NCBI GenBank assembly: GCA_944383255.1
Contig: CALWOY010000055.1
Span: 1 to 37,035, forward strand
Direction of reading: 5' to 3'
DNA from: an uncultured Clostridia bacterium
Lineage (GTDB): Bacteria; Bacillota; Clostridia; Christensenellales; UBA1242
DNA length: 37,035 nucleotides
Shown here: positions 18,654 through 29,072 of the stretch, piece by piece
How the letters are laid out: each line of letters starts with the position of its first letter
How positions within the stretch are numbered: position 1 is the first letter of the stretch
Notes under the pieces: generated by a model
What the model was told of the DNA's origin: nothing
Database searches by the model: none
The model's input: the letters and a program-made list of their open reading frames with translations, nothing else
Made by a program: the position numbers and the translations under genes

Positions 18654-20849
18654 ATCAATAACATTACTTTTATCGCTGATAATCTCCGTGTTATCAGCAT
18701 AATTTTTTATTTTTGTTATAATAAAATATTTACATCTTTTGTCAATATCAAAACTTTGTTCACAAATACCACTTTTATTTGATATTTCACTAAGCAATTT
18801 TGGTTCACTATCACTAACGCTATAAATTTCATATATCAAATAATCTTCTGCTTCAAATGATAGTATGGCTTTATTGTTTTCAACTCTACCTGTAAGAGTT
18901 GGTGGTGAAACGCTTATGAATTTTGTTGATTTTTCTTTAGGTGGATTAAAACGCGAAAATATCTCTTTGGTTATATATCTTTGTGGAATATAGTTATTTG
19001 CTTTATAAACAATATGTTCATTACTTAAACTTAGTGTATCAATATTTTCCACATAAACACTGTTTGGCATAGAAAAAGATTGAGGTTTTTTGTTTGAATA
19101 TATATTATTTAAATATAATTTCACTATGTCTGTAGGCAAGCCACCGCCGACATAATCAATTGGAGTATTATCTGCATTACCAAGCCATATTCCAACGATG
19201 TCACTTGTCGTATATGAAATATTATAAGCATTTGTATTTTGTGTACTTCCAACAGTTCCCGTTTTTGTTGCAACTTCAAAATCAACATCTGATAATTTTC
19301 TTCCTGTACCGCTTTTAGCACAAGTTCTAAGCATATCGGTCATTAAATATGCTGTATCATCTCTTATAACATTATTAAAAGATGGCTTGTTATGATAAAT
19401 GATTTTTCCATTTTTATCCGTTATGTAATTTATGAATTTTGCTTCAGCAAATTTACCATTATTTGAGAATACCGAATAGGCATTAGTGAGTTCTTTAAGT
19501 GTTGTTCCATATGCCATTCCTCCAAGTGCTAAACTTAGATTATTATCTTGACTATCAAATGCAATTCCTGAGCGTTTTGCGTATTGTTTAGCCTTATCAA
19601 GCCCTATGTAACTTAATACTTTAACCGCAGGAACATTTAATGATTTACTTACACAATCACGTACACTGGTGTATCCATGATAAACATTATTTACATTTTT
19701 TGGACTATAGCCATTTATGTTTATATATTCGTCATTTATTTGTGTCAAAGGTGAAATAATGTTTTCATTTAAAGCAGGTGCGTAAACTAAAATAGGTTTT
19801 ATTGCTGAACCAGGTTGTCTTTTGGCATCTAACATTTGTACGGGTGCTAATCCGTAATACGCTTCAACTTTTTCGCCATTAGCAGAAATAGAAATGCCGA
19901 GATAATTGCTGTTAATATCATATGAATTAAAACTGTTAATCAAACTATTTTGTTTTTCAAGGTCATAATAAGTATAGATTTTATACTCACCAATGGCAAT
20001 ATTTTTTGCGGGCATACTTAAAATTTCGCAGGCTTCATCAATTACTGCACTTTGGTACGAATTTAAAGCATTGCTATTTATTGGAGTTATATTAACTGTT
20101 ATATCGCTTAATCTTGCTTTGTTATAATCTTCAAATGATATTTTTTCATCGGAAAGCATTTCGTTTAGTACAAGATTACGCCTAGATTTTGATTTTTCAA
20201 TATTTTTGATAGGTGAATATGTATTAGGTGATTTAATCATTCCAGCAAGCGTTGCACTTTCACTTAAATTTAAATCTTTAGCGGATTTTGAAAAATAGTG
20301 CATACTTGCATTCTCTATGCCATAGCAGTTATCTCCAAAATAAATTATGTTTAAGTAATATTCAAGTATTTGGTCTTTAGTTAAAGTTTTTTCAAGTTCT
20401 TTTGTTAAAACAATCTCATTTATTTTTCTTGTAAATGTTTTTTCGTTAGTTAGGTGAGTGTTTTTTATAAGTTGTTGACTAATGGTTGATGCTCCTTCTT
20501 TCAATTTAAATGATGTAATATTTTTAAACATAGCCACTGCCATTCGTTTATAATTTAGTCCGTGGTGATTATAAAAATCTTTATCTTCAATTGATATAAA
20601 AGCCTGTATTGTATCATCATTTAGTGTGTCCAATTTGACAAAACTACTACCTGTTGTATTATCTTTTATTGGTCTATTTTCATTATCATACAATTGTATT
20701 GCTACATTAGAATATTTAATTTTATTTATATCAAATTTCACTTTGTCAGAAAACAAATATGTTCCTATAACAAAAAGAGAAAACACCACTATTATAGATA
20801 GCAGAACTATAGAGGAATATAAAAATATGTTTTTAAAAACTTTTTTCAT
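18642..20849 (-). CDS. Class A penicillin-binding protein (transglycosylase/transpeptidase)
   Basis: N-terminal TM; GT51 motifs [36 protein letters not shown]; transpeptidase SAIK, SLN, KTGT. Confidence 0.93.
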   Translation of the reverse strand: MKKVFKNIFLYSSIVLLSIIVVFSLFVIGTYLFSDKVKFDINKIKYSNVAIQLYDNENRPIKDNTTGSSFVKLDTLNDDTIQAFISIEDKDFYNHHGLNYKRMAVAMFKNITSFKLKEGASTISQQLIKNTHLTNEKTFTRKINEIVLTKELEKTLTKDQILEYYLNIIYFGDNCYGIENASMHYFSKSAKDLNLSESATLAGMIKSPNTYSPIKNIEKSKSRRNLVLNEMLSDEKISFEDYNKARLSDITVNITPINSNALNSYQSAVIDEACEILSMPAKNIAIGEYKIYTYYDLEKQNSLINSFNSYDINSNYLGISISANGEKVEAYYGLAPVQMLDAKRQPGSAIKPILVYAPALNENIISPLTQINDEYININGYSPKNVNNVYHGYTSVRDCVSKSLNVPAVKVLSYIGLDKAKQYAKRSGIAFDSQDNNLSLALGGMAYGTTLKELTNAYSVFSNNGKFAEAKFINYITDKNGKIIYHNKPSFNNVIRDDTAYLMTDMLRTCAKSGTGRKLSDVDFEVATKTGTVGSTQNTNAYNISYTTSDIVGIWLGNADNTPIDYVGGGLPTDIVKLYLNNIYSNKKPQSFSMPNSVYVENIDTLSLSNEHIVYKANNYIPQRYITKEIFSRFNPPKEKSTKFISVSPPTLTGRVENNKAILSFEAEDYLIYEIYSVSDSEPKLLSEISNKSGICEQSFDIDKRCKYFIITKIKNYADNTEIISDKSNVIDLVP

Positions 20850-20919
20850 ACCTTTGTTTATTATGAGTATTTATTGTGTAATTATTACTTTCACATTAAA
20901 AAATTTAATGGATATTCTA

Positions 20920-20949
20920 TTGTAAAAACAAACGAAAATGTTGTATAAT
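20920..20949 (+). promoter_or_regulatory. sigma-A promoter of miaB-mutS-mutL-miaA
   Basis: TTGTAA (20920-20925), 18 bp spacer, TATAAT (20944-20949); AGGAG SD. Confidence 0.6.
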
Positions 20950-20971
20950 GACTTTATAATTAGGAGAATAA

Positions 20972-22102
20972 ATGTATTATCACATAGTTACATATGGCTG
21001 TCAGATGAATGTTCATGAATCAGAAAAAATAGCACAAATACTTGAAGATATGGGTTACATAGAAACAAAACAACGTGAAAACGCGGATATTATAGTATTT
21101 AACACTTGTGCTATAAGAGAAGGTGCTGAAGATAGAGCATTTGGAAATATAGGGGCACTTAAACAACAAAAAAGAAAAAATAAAAATTTACTTATTGTTG
21201 TATGTGGTTGTATGACACAACAAAAAGATGTACAAGAAAAGATGTACAAAACTTTTCCTTTTGTCGATATAATATTAGGTACATATAATTTATATAATTT
21301 AAAAACTTTAATAAATCGTAAAATTAAAGATAGAAAAAGAATATGTGAATATGAAGAAAGTGGAGACCTACATGAGGAACTTGTTGCTAAACGTACAAGT
21401 GGGGATAATGCTTGGGTTAATATTATGTATGGTTGTAACAACTTTTGTACATATTGCATTGTACCTTATGTAAGAGGTAGGGAAAAAAGCCGAAAGAAAA
21501 TAGATATTCTAAATGAAATTAAAGAAATAATTGCTACAAAAAGTTATAAAACGATAACTCTTTTGGGACAAAATGTAAATTCATATGGCAATGATGATGT
21601 TTCACAAGGCTCATTTAGTGAACTTTTGCAAGATATTTGTAATATTGACGGTGATTTTAAACTTACGTTTATGACTTCTCATCCAAAAGACCTTAGTGAT
21701 GACCTTATTGATGTTATGAGTAAAAACGATAAAATTTTAAACGAACTTCATTTACCAGTTCAAAGTGGTTCAGATAAAATTTTAAAAGCGATGAATAGAA
21801 ATTACACTGCCTCTCACTATCTCACAATTGTCAAAAAACTTCGAGAGAAGATGCCCAATATTAGATTGACTACAGATATTATTGTTGGTTTTCCTGGTGA
21901 AACAGAGCAAGATTTTGAAGCAACTTGCAATCTTGTAAAAGAAGTTAAATACGATGGAATTTTTGCATTTATGTATTCAAAGCGAAAGGGTACAGTTGCG
22001 GAGAAGATGGACAACCAAATTGATGATGCAACAAAACACAAGCGTGTAAATTATTTACTTAATCTAGAAAAAGAAATTAAAGCACAAAAGGAGAAAATAT
22101 GA
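20972..22102 (+). CDS. miaB: tRNA i6A37 methylthiotransferase MiaB lacking the C-terminal TRAM domain
   Basis: TYGCQMNVHESE, FNTCAIRE, VCGC, GCNNFCTYCIVPYVRGRE, LLGQNVNSYG, LHLPVQSGS, DIIVGFPGETE; upstream of mutSL. Confidence 0.92.
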   Translation: MYYHIVTYGCQMNVHESEKIAQILEDMGYIETKQRENADIIVFNTCAIREGAEDRAFGNIGALKQQKRKNKNLLIVVCGCMTQQKDVQEKMYKTFPFVDIILGTYNLYNLKTLINRKIKDRKRICEYEESGDLHEELVAKRTSGDNAWVNIMYGCNNFCTYCIVPYVRGREKSRKKIDILNEIKEIIATKSYKTITLLGQNVNSYGNDDVSQGSFSELLQDICNIDGDFKLTFMTSHPKDLSDDLIDVMSKNDKILNELHLPVQSGSDKILKAMNRNYTASHYLTIVKKLREKMPNIRLTTDIIVGFPGETEQDFEATCNLVKEVKYDGIFAFMYSKRKGTVAEKMDNQIDDATKHKRVNYLLNLEKEIKAQKEKI

Positions 22103-24726
22103 TAGATTATGAACAACTTTTGCAAAATGAACATCTGTCACCAATGATGCGACAATATTTGAATACAAAAAAAGCCAATCTTGATAGTGTATTGTTTTAT
22201 AGACTTGGAGATTTTTATGAATTGTTCTTTGATGATGCAGTGGAAATTTCGCATGTTCTAGACTTAACTTTAACAGGTAAGGACTGTGGCATAGGAGAAA
22301 GAGCACCAATGTGCGGAGTGCCTTATCATTCTGTCGATACATATATAAATAAACTTATTTCACTAGGTTACAAAATTGCAATTTGTGAACAAACAAGCGA
22401 TCCAAAAGACAAAAAGAAATCAAGCGATGTTGTTCAACGCGACATAGTCAGAATAATTACACCCGGCACACTTATTGACGAAGGCCTTTTAAACGACAAA
22501 CAAAACAATTACATAGCAAGTATATATGTAAATCAAGAAAATATAGGATTTGCTTACCTTGATTTGTCCACAGGTGAATTTAAATCTATTGAATTTTCAG
22601 GTGAAAGTAGAATAAAAGATTTGAATGATAATCTTGTTCGTATTATGCCAAGTGAAATTTTGGCTTATTGTGATAAAGGCATAGAAAATAGTTTACAGGT
22701 TAGACAATTAGATTTAATTCCTAAATTTACTTATTCATATCCTGAATTATTTGAAAAACAAACTTGTGAAGAAGTATTGTCAAAACAGTTTTCAAAAGAG
22801 TACAAGGAGAAATTTTCATTAAAAAGATATCCAAGTGCGATAATTGCCTGTGGGGCAATTTTCGCTTACATAAAAAGTACTCAAAAGCGTGATTTATCTC
22901 ACATTAGTACTATAAAGTACATTGGCGAAGAAAAATTTATGTTACTAGACATAAATACTAGGCGTAATCTTGAAATTATGGAAACCTTGCGTGATAGACG
23001 TAAAAAAGGTTCATTGCTAAATGTTATGGATAAAACCAGAACATCTATGGGTGCACGACTTATAAAGTCTTGGATAGAACAACCTTTGTATGATGCAAAG
23101 CAAATTAACTTAAGATTAGATGGTGTAGAAGATTTGTGCTCAAAAATAATTTTAAGAGATAATTTAACGACAATTTTAAATAAATGTAATGATATAGAAA
23201 GAATTAGTGGAAGAATTTCATATAATAATTTTACACCAAAAGACTGCAAAAGTTTATGCGAAAGTTTGTCACTACTGCCTTCAATTAAAGCGTTAATAGA
23301 ACCTTGCAACGCTCAATTTATCAAAGATATTTATAAAGATATTGATGATTATTCAGATGTTGTAACAATGCTTAAAAGTGCAATAGTCGATAATCCACCA
23401 GCACTAACAAATGTTGGTGGCATCTTTAATTCAGGATACTCAAAAGAACTTGATGAATATAAATTTGCTCGTGATAATAGTCAGAAGTTAATTTCAGAGT
23501 ATGAAGCAAAGCAAAGAAATATAACTGGCATTAAAAACCTAAAAGTGGCTTATAACAAGGTTTATGGTTACTATATAGAAATTAACAAGCAATTCATATC
23601 AAATTTGCCACTTGAATACATTAGGAAACAAACCGTAGCAAACAATGAAAGGTATATTTCGGAAGAATTAAAAGATTTAGAAGAAAAACTTTCCACAGCA
23701 GAAGAAAAATCTATAAAACTTGAACAAAAGTTATTTAATGATATACGGGAAGGACTTTTAACAAAAGTTGTATCGTTGCAAAAATCATCAAACGCAATTG
23801 CAAGGCTTGATTGCATATTGTCGTTTGCACAATTGGCAATTAAAAACAATTATACAAAACCTAAAATCAACAACAAATTAACTACTATCAATATAATTGA
23901 CGGAAGGCATCCTGTAGTTGAAGAATTATCAAAAGATGAATTTATTCCAAACGATACTCATCTTGACGTAAATGAAAGTAGGACAATGATAATCACTGGT
24001 CCAAATATGGCGGGAAAAAGTACATACATGCGACAAGTTGCACTTATCACTTTAATGGCTCACATGGGTTCATTTGTTCCCGCAAAACAAGCAGAAATTG
24101 CACTCACAGATAGAATTTTTACTAGAGTTGGTGCAAGTGATGACTTAGCATTAGGGCAATCAACATTTATGGTAGAAATGTCTGAAGTTGCAAATATATT
24201 ACAAAATGCGACAGATAAAAGTTTGATTGTATTAGATGAGATAGGGCGAGGAACAAGCACTTATGATGGTCTTAGTATTGCCTGGGCGGTAGTGGAGTAT
24301 TTATCCAATAATATGCATGCTAAAACACTTTTTTCTACGCATTATCATGAATTAACAGAACTTGAAAACTTTCTTCCGGGTGTAAAAAATTATAAAATAA
24401 CAGTAAAAGAAATAAATGGCCATATTGTATTTTTGCGAAAAATAGCAAGAGGTGGTGCATCAAGAAGTTTTGGTATAGAGGTTGCAGGACTCGCAGGAGT
24501 TCCAGAACAAATTATCCAAAGAGCAAAAGAAATATCAAATATGCTTGAACAAAATGATACAACAAAAACTTTAGCCTTAAACACTACAATAGATAAAGAT
24601 AATGCAAAAGAAAAGGATATAAGATATACAGAGGTGATTGGTATATTAAAAGATATTGATATTAATAGACTTACACCAATCAGTGCATTTGAAATAATCG
24701 CTGATTTAAAAAATAAGATAAAATAG
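22099..24726 (+). CDS. mutS: DNA mismatch repair protein MutS
   Basis: SPMMRQY, GDFYELF, GRHPVVE, TGPNMAGKSTYMRQ, STFMVEM, DEIGRGTS, THYHEL. Confidence 0.99.
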   Translation: MIDYEQLLQNEHLSPMMRQYLNTKKANLDSVLFYRLGDFYELFFDDAVEISHVLDLTLTGKDCGIGERAPMCGVPYHSVDTYINKLISLGYKIAICEQTSDPKDKKKSSDVVQRDIVRIITPGTLIDEGLLNDKQNNYIASIYVNQENIGFAYLDLSTGEFKSIEFSGESRIKDLNDNLVRIMPSEILAYCDKGIENSLQVRQLDLIPKFTYSYPELFEKQTCEEVLSKQFSKEYKEKFSLKRYPSAIIACGAIFAYIKSTQKRDLSHISTIKYIGEEKFMLLDINTRRNLEIMETLRDRRKKGSLLNVMDKTRTSMGARLIKSWIEQPLYDAKQINLRLDGVEDLCSKIILRDNLTTILNKCNDIERISGRISYNNFTPKDCKSLCESLSLLPSIKALIEPCNAQFIKDIYKDIDDYSDVVTMLKSAIVDNPPALTNVGGIFNSGYSKELDEYKFARDNSQKLISEYEAKQRNITGIKNLKVAYNKVYGYYIEINKQFISNLPLEYIRKQTVANNERYISEELKDLEEKLSTAEEKSIKLEQKLFNDIREGLLTKVVSLQKSSNAIARLDCILSFAQLAIKNNYTKPKINNKLTTINIIDGRHPVVEELSKDEFIPNDTHLDVNESRTMIITGPNMAGKSTYMRQVALITLMAHMGSFVPAKQAEIALTDRIFTRVGASDDLALGQSTFMVEMSEVANILQNATDKSLIVLDEIGRGTSTYDGLSIAWAVVEYLSNNMHAKTLFSTHYHELTELENFLPGVKNYKITVKEINGHIVFLRKIARGGASRSFGIEVAGLAGVPEQIIQRAKEISNMLEQNDTTKTLALNTTIDKDNAKEKDIRYTEVIGILKDIDINRLTPISAFEIIADLKNKIK

Positions 24727-24736
24727 GAGTTAAACT

Positions 24737-26617
24737 ATGGCAGATATAAAAGTTCTAGAAAAATCTGTTTGGTCAAAAATTGCAGCAGGTGAAGTGGTAG
24801 AAAAACCTGCTTCAATTGTTAAGGAACTAGTAGAAAATTCAATTGATGCCGGTGCTAAAAATATAGTTATTGAAATCATTGAGGGCGGAACTAAACTAAT
24901 ATCAGTCACAGATGACGGCTGTGGTATTAAAGCAGACCAGATTGAAACTGCTTTTTTGCCACATGCTACAAGCAAACTTTCAACTATTGAAGATTTAAGT
25001 ACTTTAAAATCTATGGGTTTTCGAGGAGAAGCACTTGCAAGCATTGCTGCTGTTTCAAAAGTGGAACTTATATCAAAAACAAAAGATAGTGAAATAGGCT
25101 CAAAAATAACATTAGAGGGCGGAGAAAAAATAGATTTTACTGAAATTGCAAGCAATACAGGTACAAAAATATCGATTACTAATTTATTTTATAACACTCC
25201 TGCTCGTGCTAAATTTTTGAGAAAAACAAAGACAGAAGAGAATGATATAACCAATTATGTTGAAAAACTAATGTTGTCACATTGCAACATAAACTTTAAA
25301 TATATTGTTGATTCTAAAATTATATATAATACTACCAATTGTAGTTTGCTTGACATTATATATACAATATATGGCTCAGAAATATCTTCCAACATGATTG
25401 AAGTCAATTATCAAAAAGGCGAATATAAGGTCAGTGGATATATATCATCACCAGTAGTCGCAAAAAGTAATAGGACTTATCAATCTCTTTTTGTCAATAA
25501 TCGTTATTGTTTAAATACAACCATTTCCGCAAGCATAGCAAATGCATACGATACATTTTTAATGAAAGGAAAGTTTCCTGTATATGTATTATTTTTAAAT
25601 ATGCCAACCGATAGTTTGGATGTCAATGTTCATCCAAATAAACTAGAAGTCAAATTTGAAAATCAGCAACAAATATATATGCTTTTTAATAATGCTGTTT
25701 TTGAAGCCCTTTCTAGACAAACTCATATAAAAGACGGATTAGCTTTTAATCATGTTGAAGATACCCAAACGGTAATTACTATACCAAAAGAGCAAGTTCA
25801 AAATGATACTCAAGTGAATTTAAAAACTAGTGGTATTAGTTTTGAGAGTCAACAAACATATGAAAACACATTTAAAGATTTTTGGGAGAATAAACAAGAT
25901 AATACCTTAAAATTTTCACAAAGTTTTGTTCCGCTTGAAGTCGCTATTGAAAAAGATGCACCAATACAAGATTTTAAAGACGATAAGCACTTTAAACCAT
26001 TAAATGAACAAGCAGAACAAATTAAATATGAAAGTCTTTTTAGTCCACAAAGAATAATTGTAGGAGTTGCCTTTGAAACTTACATAATTGTTCAAGAAGG
26101 TGATAATTTGTATTTTATTGACCAGCATGCCGCACATGAACGCCAGTTATTTGACAAATTTATGGAACAAGCAGAAAATAACGATATAGAAATTCAACAA
26201 CTTTTATTGCCTTATATTCTTAGGGTCAATGACAAGGAATTTTCGTTTTTAGAAGACAATATTTCCATTTTAAAAAGTTATGGGTTTGATATATCTCTTT
26301 TTGGATACAATACATTTAAGATTAACAGTATTCCTATGCTCTTAAATGATATTAACTTAAAAGATTTCTTTGATGAAATTTTACATAATCTTGACGGACT
26401 TATAAAAAAGCCACACGAAATACTTCGCCATGAGTTTGCAACAATGGGTTGTAAAGCAGCAATAAAGGCAGGGTATAGGCTTTCTGAAAAAGAAATAAAT
26501 ATTTTACTTGATACATTAAAAAATCAAAAAACAACTCTTCTTTGTCCTCATGGTAGACCAATAGTAGTAACTTTTGACAAAAAACAATTAGAAAAGATGT
26601 TTAAAAGGATTGTTTAG
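24737..26617 (+). CDS. mutL: DNA mismatch repair endonuclease MutL
   Basis: IAAGEVVE, KELVENSIDAGA, GFRGEALAS, DVNVHP, DQHAAHER, QQLLLP, CKAAIK, CPHGRP. Confidence 0.99.
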   Translation: MADIKVLEKSVWSKIAAGEVVEKPASIVKELVENSIDAGAKNIVIEIIEGGTKLISVTDDGCGIKADQIETAFLPHATSKLSTIEDLSTLKSMGFRGEALASIAAVSKVELISKTKDSEIGSKITLEGGEKIDFTEIASNTGTKISITNLFYNTPARAKFLRKTKTEENDITNYVEKLMLSHCNINFKYIVDSKIIYNTTNCSLLDIIYTIYGSEISSNMIEVNYQKGEYKVSGYISSPVVAKSNRTYQSLFVNNRYCLNTTISASIANAYDTFLMKGKFPVYVLFLNMPTDSLDVNVHPNKLEVKFENQQQIYMLFNNAVFEALSRQTHIKDGLAFNHVEDTQTVITIPKEQVQNDTQVNLKTSGISFESQQTYENTFKDFWENKQDNTLKFSQSFVPLEVAIEKDAPIQDFKDDKHFKPLNEQAEQIKYESLFSPQRIIVGVAFETYIIVQEGDNLYFIDQHAAHERQLFDKFMEQAENNDIEIQQLLLPYILRVNDKEFSFLEDNISILKSYGFDISLFGYNTFKINSIPMLLNDINLKDFFDEILHNLDGLIKKPHEILRHEFATMGCKAAIKAGYRLSEKEINILLDTLKNQKTTLLCPHGRPIVVTFDKKQLEKMFKRIV

Positions 26618-27489
26618 TGAAACCAATAATTTTATATGGTCCAACTGGGGTTGGAAAAACAAAATTATCTATTAACTTAGCAAAAAAATATAATGCCGAA
26701 ATAATTTCCTGTGATTCTATGCAAATTTATAAATATCTAGACATTGGAACGGCAAAAATTAAAAAATCGGAAATGCAGGGAATCAAGCATTATTTAATTG
26801 ATTTTATAGAACCAAATCAAAATTATAGTGTTTATGATTTTGTTAACGATTGTAAGCATACTATGCAGGAAATTTTCTCAAAAGGTAAAAACGTCATAAT
26901 TGTTGGTGGTACTGGCTTGTATATCAAGGCTTTAATAGAAAATTATAATCTTGGCAATACAAAAGCACATGATGAAGTTAGACAAAAACTTGCAAATTTA
27001 GATAATAATCAATTATGTGACATTATTATTAACAATGGTAAACCATTAAAGCAAGAAGATAAGAACAATCGTGCTAGACTTTTAAGATATGCTGAACTTG
27101 CTTTAACTAACTCACATATCAAAAAAAGTGATGAAAGTGACAAATATTTATTATTTGGACTTGTGTGTGATAGAACAAAACTTTATGAAAAAATAAATAA
27201 AAGAGTAGACGATATGATAAGTCATGGTTTACTTGAAGAAACAAAGATAATATTTTCTAAATATGGTGAAAATATTCAATGTTTTAAAGCTATTGGTTAT
27301 AAGGAAATACTACCATATATTAAAGGTCAAGAAGATTTACAAACTTGCATTGATTTAATTAAACAACATTCTCGAAATTATGCAAAGCGACAATTTACTT
27401 TTATGAATCAATTTAAAAGTATGATAAAAATTGATGTAACTAACAAAAATTATTTCAATGAAATATGTGATGTTATTGATAAAAGTTAA
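26617..27489 (+). CDS. miaA: tRNA dimethylallyltransferase MiaA
   Basis: GPTGVGKT, SCDSMQIY, DIGTAK, VGGTGLY, AIGYKE, YAKRQ; GTG start overlaps the mutL stop. Confidence 0.97.
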   Translation: MKPIILYGPTGVGKTKLSINLAKKYNAEIISCDSMQIYKYLDIGTAKIKKSEMQGIKHYLIDFIEPNQNYSVYDFVNDCKHTMQEIFSKGKNVIIVGGTGLYIKALIENYNLGNTKAHDEVRQKLANLDNNQLCDIIINNGKPLKQEDKNNRARLLRYAELALTNSHIKKSDESDKYLLFGLVCDRTKLYEKINKRVDDMISHGLLEETKIIFSKYGENIQCFKAIGYKEILPYIKGQEDLQTCIDLIKQHSRNYAKRQFTFMNQFKSMIKIDVTNKNYFNEICDVIDKS

Positions 27490-27527
27490 AAAAAACAAGT
27501 AAGTAATATACTTGTTTTTTTTAACTT
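27483..27527. terminator. Bidirectional terminator (perfect 19-bp inverted repeat)
   Basis: AAGTTAAAAAAAACAAGTA (27483-27501) / TACTTGTTTTTTTTAACTT (27509-27527) with a 7-nt loop, between convergent miaA and the lipoprotein gene. Confidence 0.75.
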
Positions 27528-28185
27528 AATTTTTAACAAAGTCAATGTCAATATTTCCATTATTGCAATTGGCAATAAAAGTTTTTGCACCATCTTTCTT
27601 ATTTAGTGGTAAATTGCATTTGCCTTTTTTTATAGTACACTTTGTAGAAAAATCATCTAAAGTACCCAAAATAGTGCCTGTAATATCACCATTTTTTGCT
27701 GTCAAATTGATTGACTTACCAACATTTATGTGGTCACAAATTATATTGCCACCATTTGAATTAAGTGTAACATTTTCTACAAAAGATAATGATGTAATCT
27801 TAATATCTTCGTTTGTAGTACTTGCCGAAAAATCAATAATAGTATTAGTCGGTATTTTTACTTGAATTTTTCGATACTCCGCAGAAGGTTTAAAACCGAT
27901 AAAATCAGTCCAATTTTTGTTAAAAAGCAATTTGATAGTAAGTTGATTATTAGAAAAAGCGATATCAAGATACTCCTTGTCACTATCAAAATAATCAATA
28001 TAGATTTCGTCATCTTCCGAAGCCAGGATTTCTAAATCTCTGTCTATTACATCTATGATTATTCGGTCTATACTAATATCGCCAGAATTATAGACTTTTT
28101 TTGTAAAATTGTCATTTGAACAGCCTGTAAATACAAAAAGAATAGACGCAATTATTGCTCCCAAAAAGGCCGTTAGTTTTTTCAT
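27526..28185 (-). CDS. Lipoprotein, probably DUF4097-like beta-strand repeat family
   Basis: Signal peptide II with lipobox FTGC; repeats STTNEDIKI / NSNGGNII / TAKNGDIT / NCNNGNIDI; SD AGGAGG. Confidence 0.7.
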   Translation of the reverse strand: MKKLTAFLGAIIASILFVFTGCSNDNFTKKVYNSGDISIDRIIIDVIDRDLEILASEDDEIYIDYFDSDKEYLDIAFSNNQLTIKLLFNKNWTDFIGFKPSAEYRKIQVKIPTNTIIDFSASTTNEDIKITSLSFVENVTLNSNGGNIICDHINVGKSINLTAKNGDITGTILGTLDDFSTKCTIKKGKCNLPLNKKDGAKTFIANCNNGNIDIDFVKN

Positions 28186-28209
28186 AATTTCAACCTCCTA
28201 AATATATCT

Positions 28210-28239
28210 TTGACATTAATATGATTTTAATGATATTAT
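28210..28239 (+). promoter_or_regulatory. Promoter of the MerR-family gene
   Basis: TTGACA (28210-28215), 18 bp spacer, TGaTATTAT (28231-28239). Confidence 0.65.
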
Positions 28240-28240
28240 G

Positions 28241-28271
28241 ATGATAAACTTTTGTGTAACACAAAAGTCAA
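28241..28271 (-). promoter_or_regulatory. MerR-type promoter with 19-bp spacer and palindromic operator, driving the lipoprotein gene
   Basis: Minus strand TTGACT (28271-28266), 19 bp spacer, TATCAT (28246-28241); perfect dyad ACTTTTGTGT-A-ACACAAAAGT (28248-28268). Confidence 0.85.
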
Positions 28272-28280
28272 GGGGAAATA

Positions 28281-29072
28281 ATGAAAAATCTTTTTTCAAT
28301 AAGCGAAACCGCAAAAATAGTCAATACGACAACCGAAACATTACGACATTATGATAGGATAGACCTTGTAAAGCCATGCAAAGTGGACGAATGGACAGGT
28401 TATCGTTATTATTCACCACAGGAGATTGTTCGGCTTAATACAATAAAGACATTGCGTTATATGGATTTAACTTTATCTGAAATTAAAAAAATTTTATCTT
28501 ATAACGACTTTAACAAAATTATAAATGCATTAAAACAAGCGGAAATAAATGCTGATGAAAAAATTGCTGAACTAAATTACGCTAAAATAAAAATAGAACG
28601 TGCACGTCTTTATTATGAAAATAAATTAACCGAAAACCAATCAGGGCAAAGCCCTTTTATAAAAAACTTTCCAAAGCGAACTATTTTATTATCCGAAACA
28701 ATGAAAACTCCAACATTAGATAACTTATTTGATTATCACCGCCACTTTTATAACCAATTGCCAGAGAATATAAAAGGGGAGTTTTCTTTCGAAGATTCAG
28801 CAGGTATATATAAGCAAAACGGACAACATCAGTTATTTGCTATTTGCACAAAGTACAAACAAATAAATGGATTAAAAACTTTACCACAAGGAAATTATTT
28901 ATGTGCTAACTGTACAGAAAACAATCTTGAACAAACAACAAAGAGTTTAATTGAAATAGCAAAAAACAAATACCATATAGTTCCAGAATTTACTTTACAA
29001 TTAGTAATTGTTTCAGGCATTTTACAATGGAACTATCAAGTACAGGTATTTATATCAAATCAAACAAATTAA
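28281..29072 (+). CDS. MerR-family transcriptional regulator, BmrR-like length with probable GyrI-like effector domain
   Basis: FSISETAK...TLRHYDRIDL.KP...TGYRYYS HTH, coiled coil, C-terminal LPQGNYLC. Confidence 0.9.
   Translation: MKNLFSISETAKIVNTTTETLRHYDRIDLVKPCKVDEWTGYRYYSPQEIVRLNTIKTLRYMDLTLSEIKKILSYNDFNKIINALKQAEINADEKIAELNYAKIKIERARLYYENKLTENQSGQSPFIKNFPKRTILLSETMKTPTLDNLFDYHRHFYNQLPENIKGEFSFEDSAGIYKQNGQHQLFAICTKYKQINGLKTLPQGNYLCANCTENNLEQTTKSLIEIAKNKYHIVPEFTLQLVIVSGILQWNYQVQVFISNQTN

Noticed and set aside
24730-25155. 141-aa antisense ORF in mutL, and similar short ORFs inside secDF, pnp, ftsK, miaB, mutS and spoVAE
   Set aside because: Nested within well-supported genes with no motif or initiation signal noticed; expected shadow ORFs.
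27483-27527. 19-bp perfect inverted repeat as a MITE or transposon end
   Set aside because: Only a 7-nt loop, no target duplication, and it sits exactly between convergent stops; a bidirectional terminator explains it.
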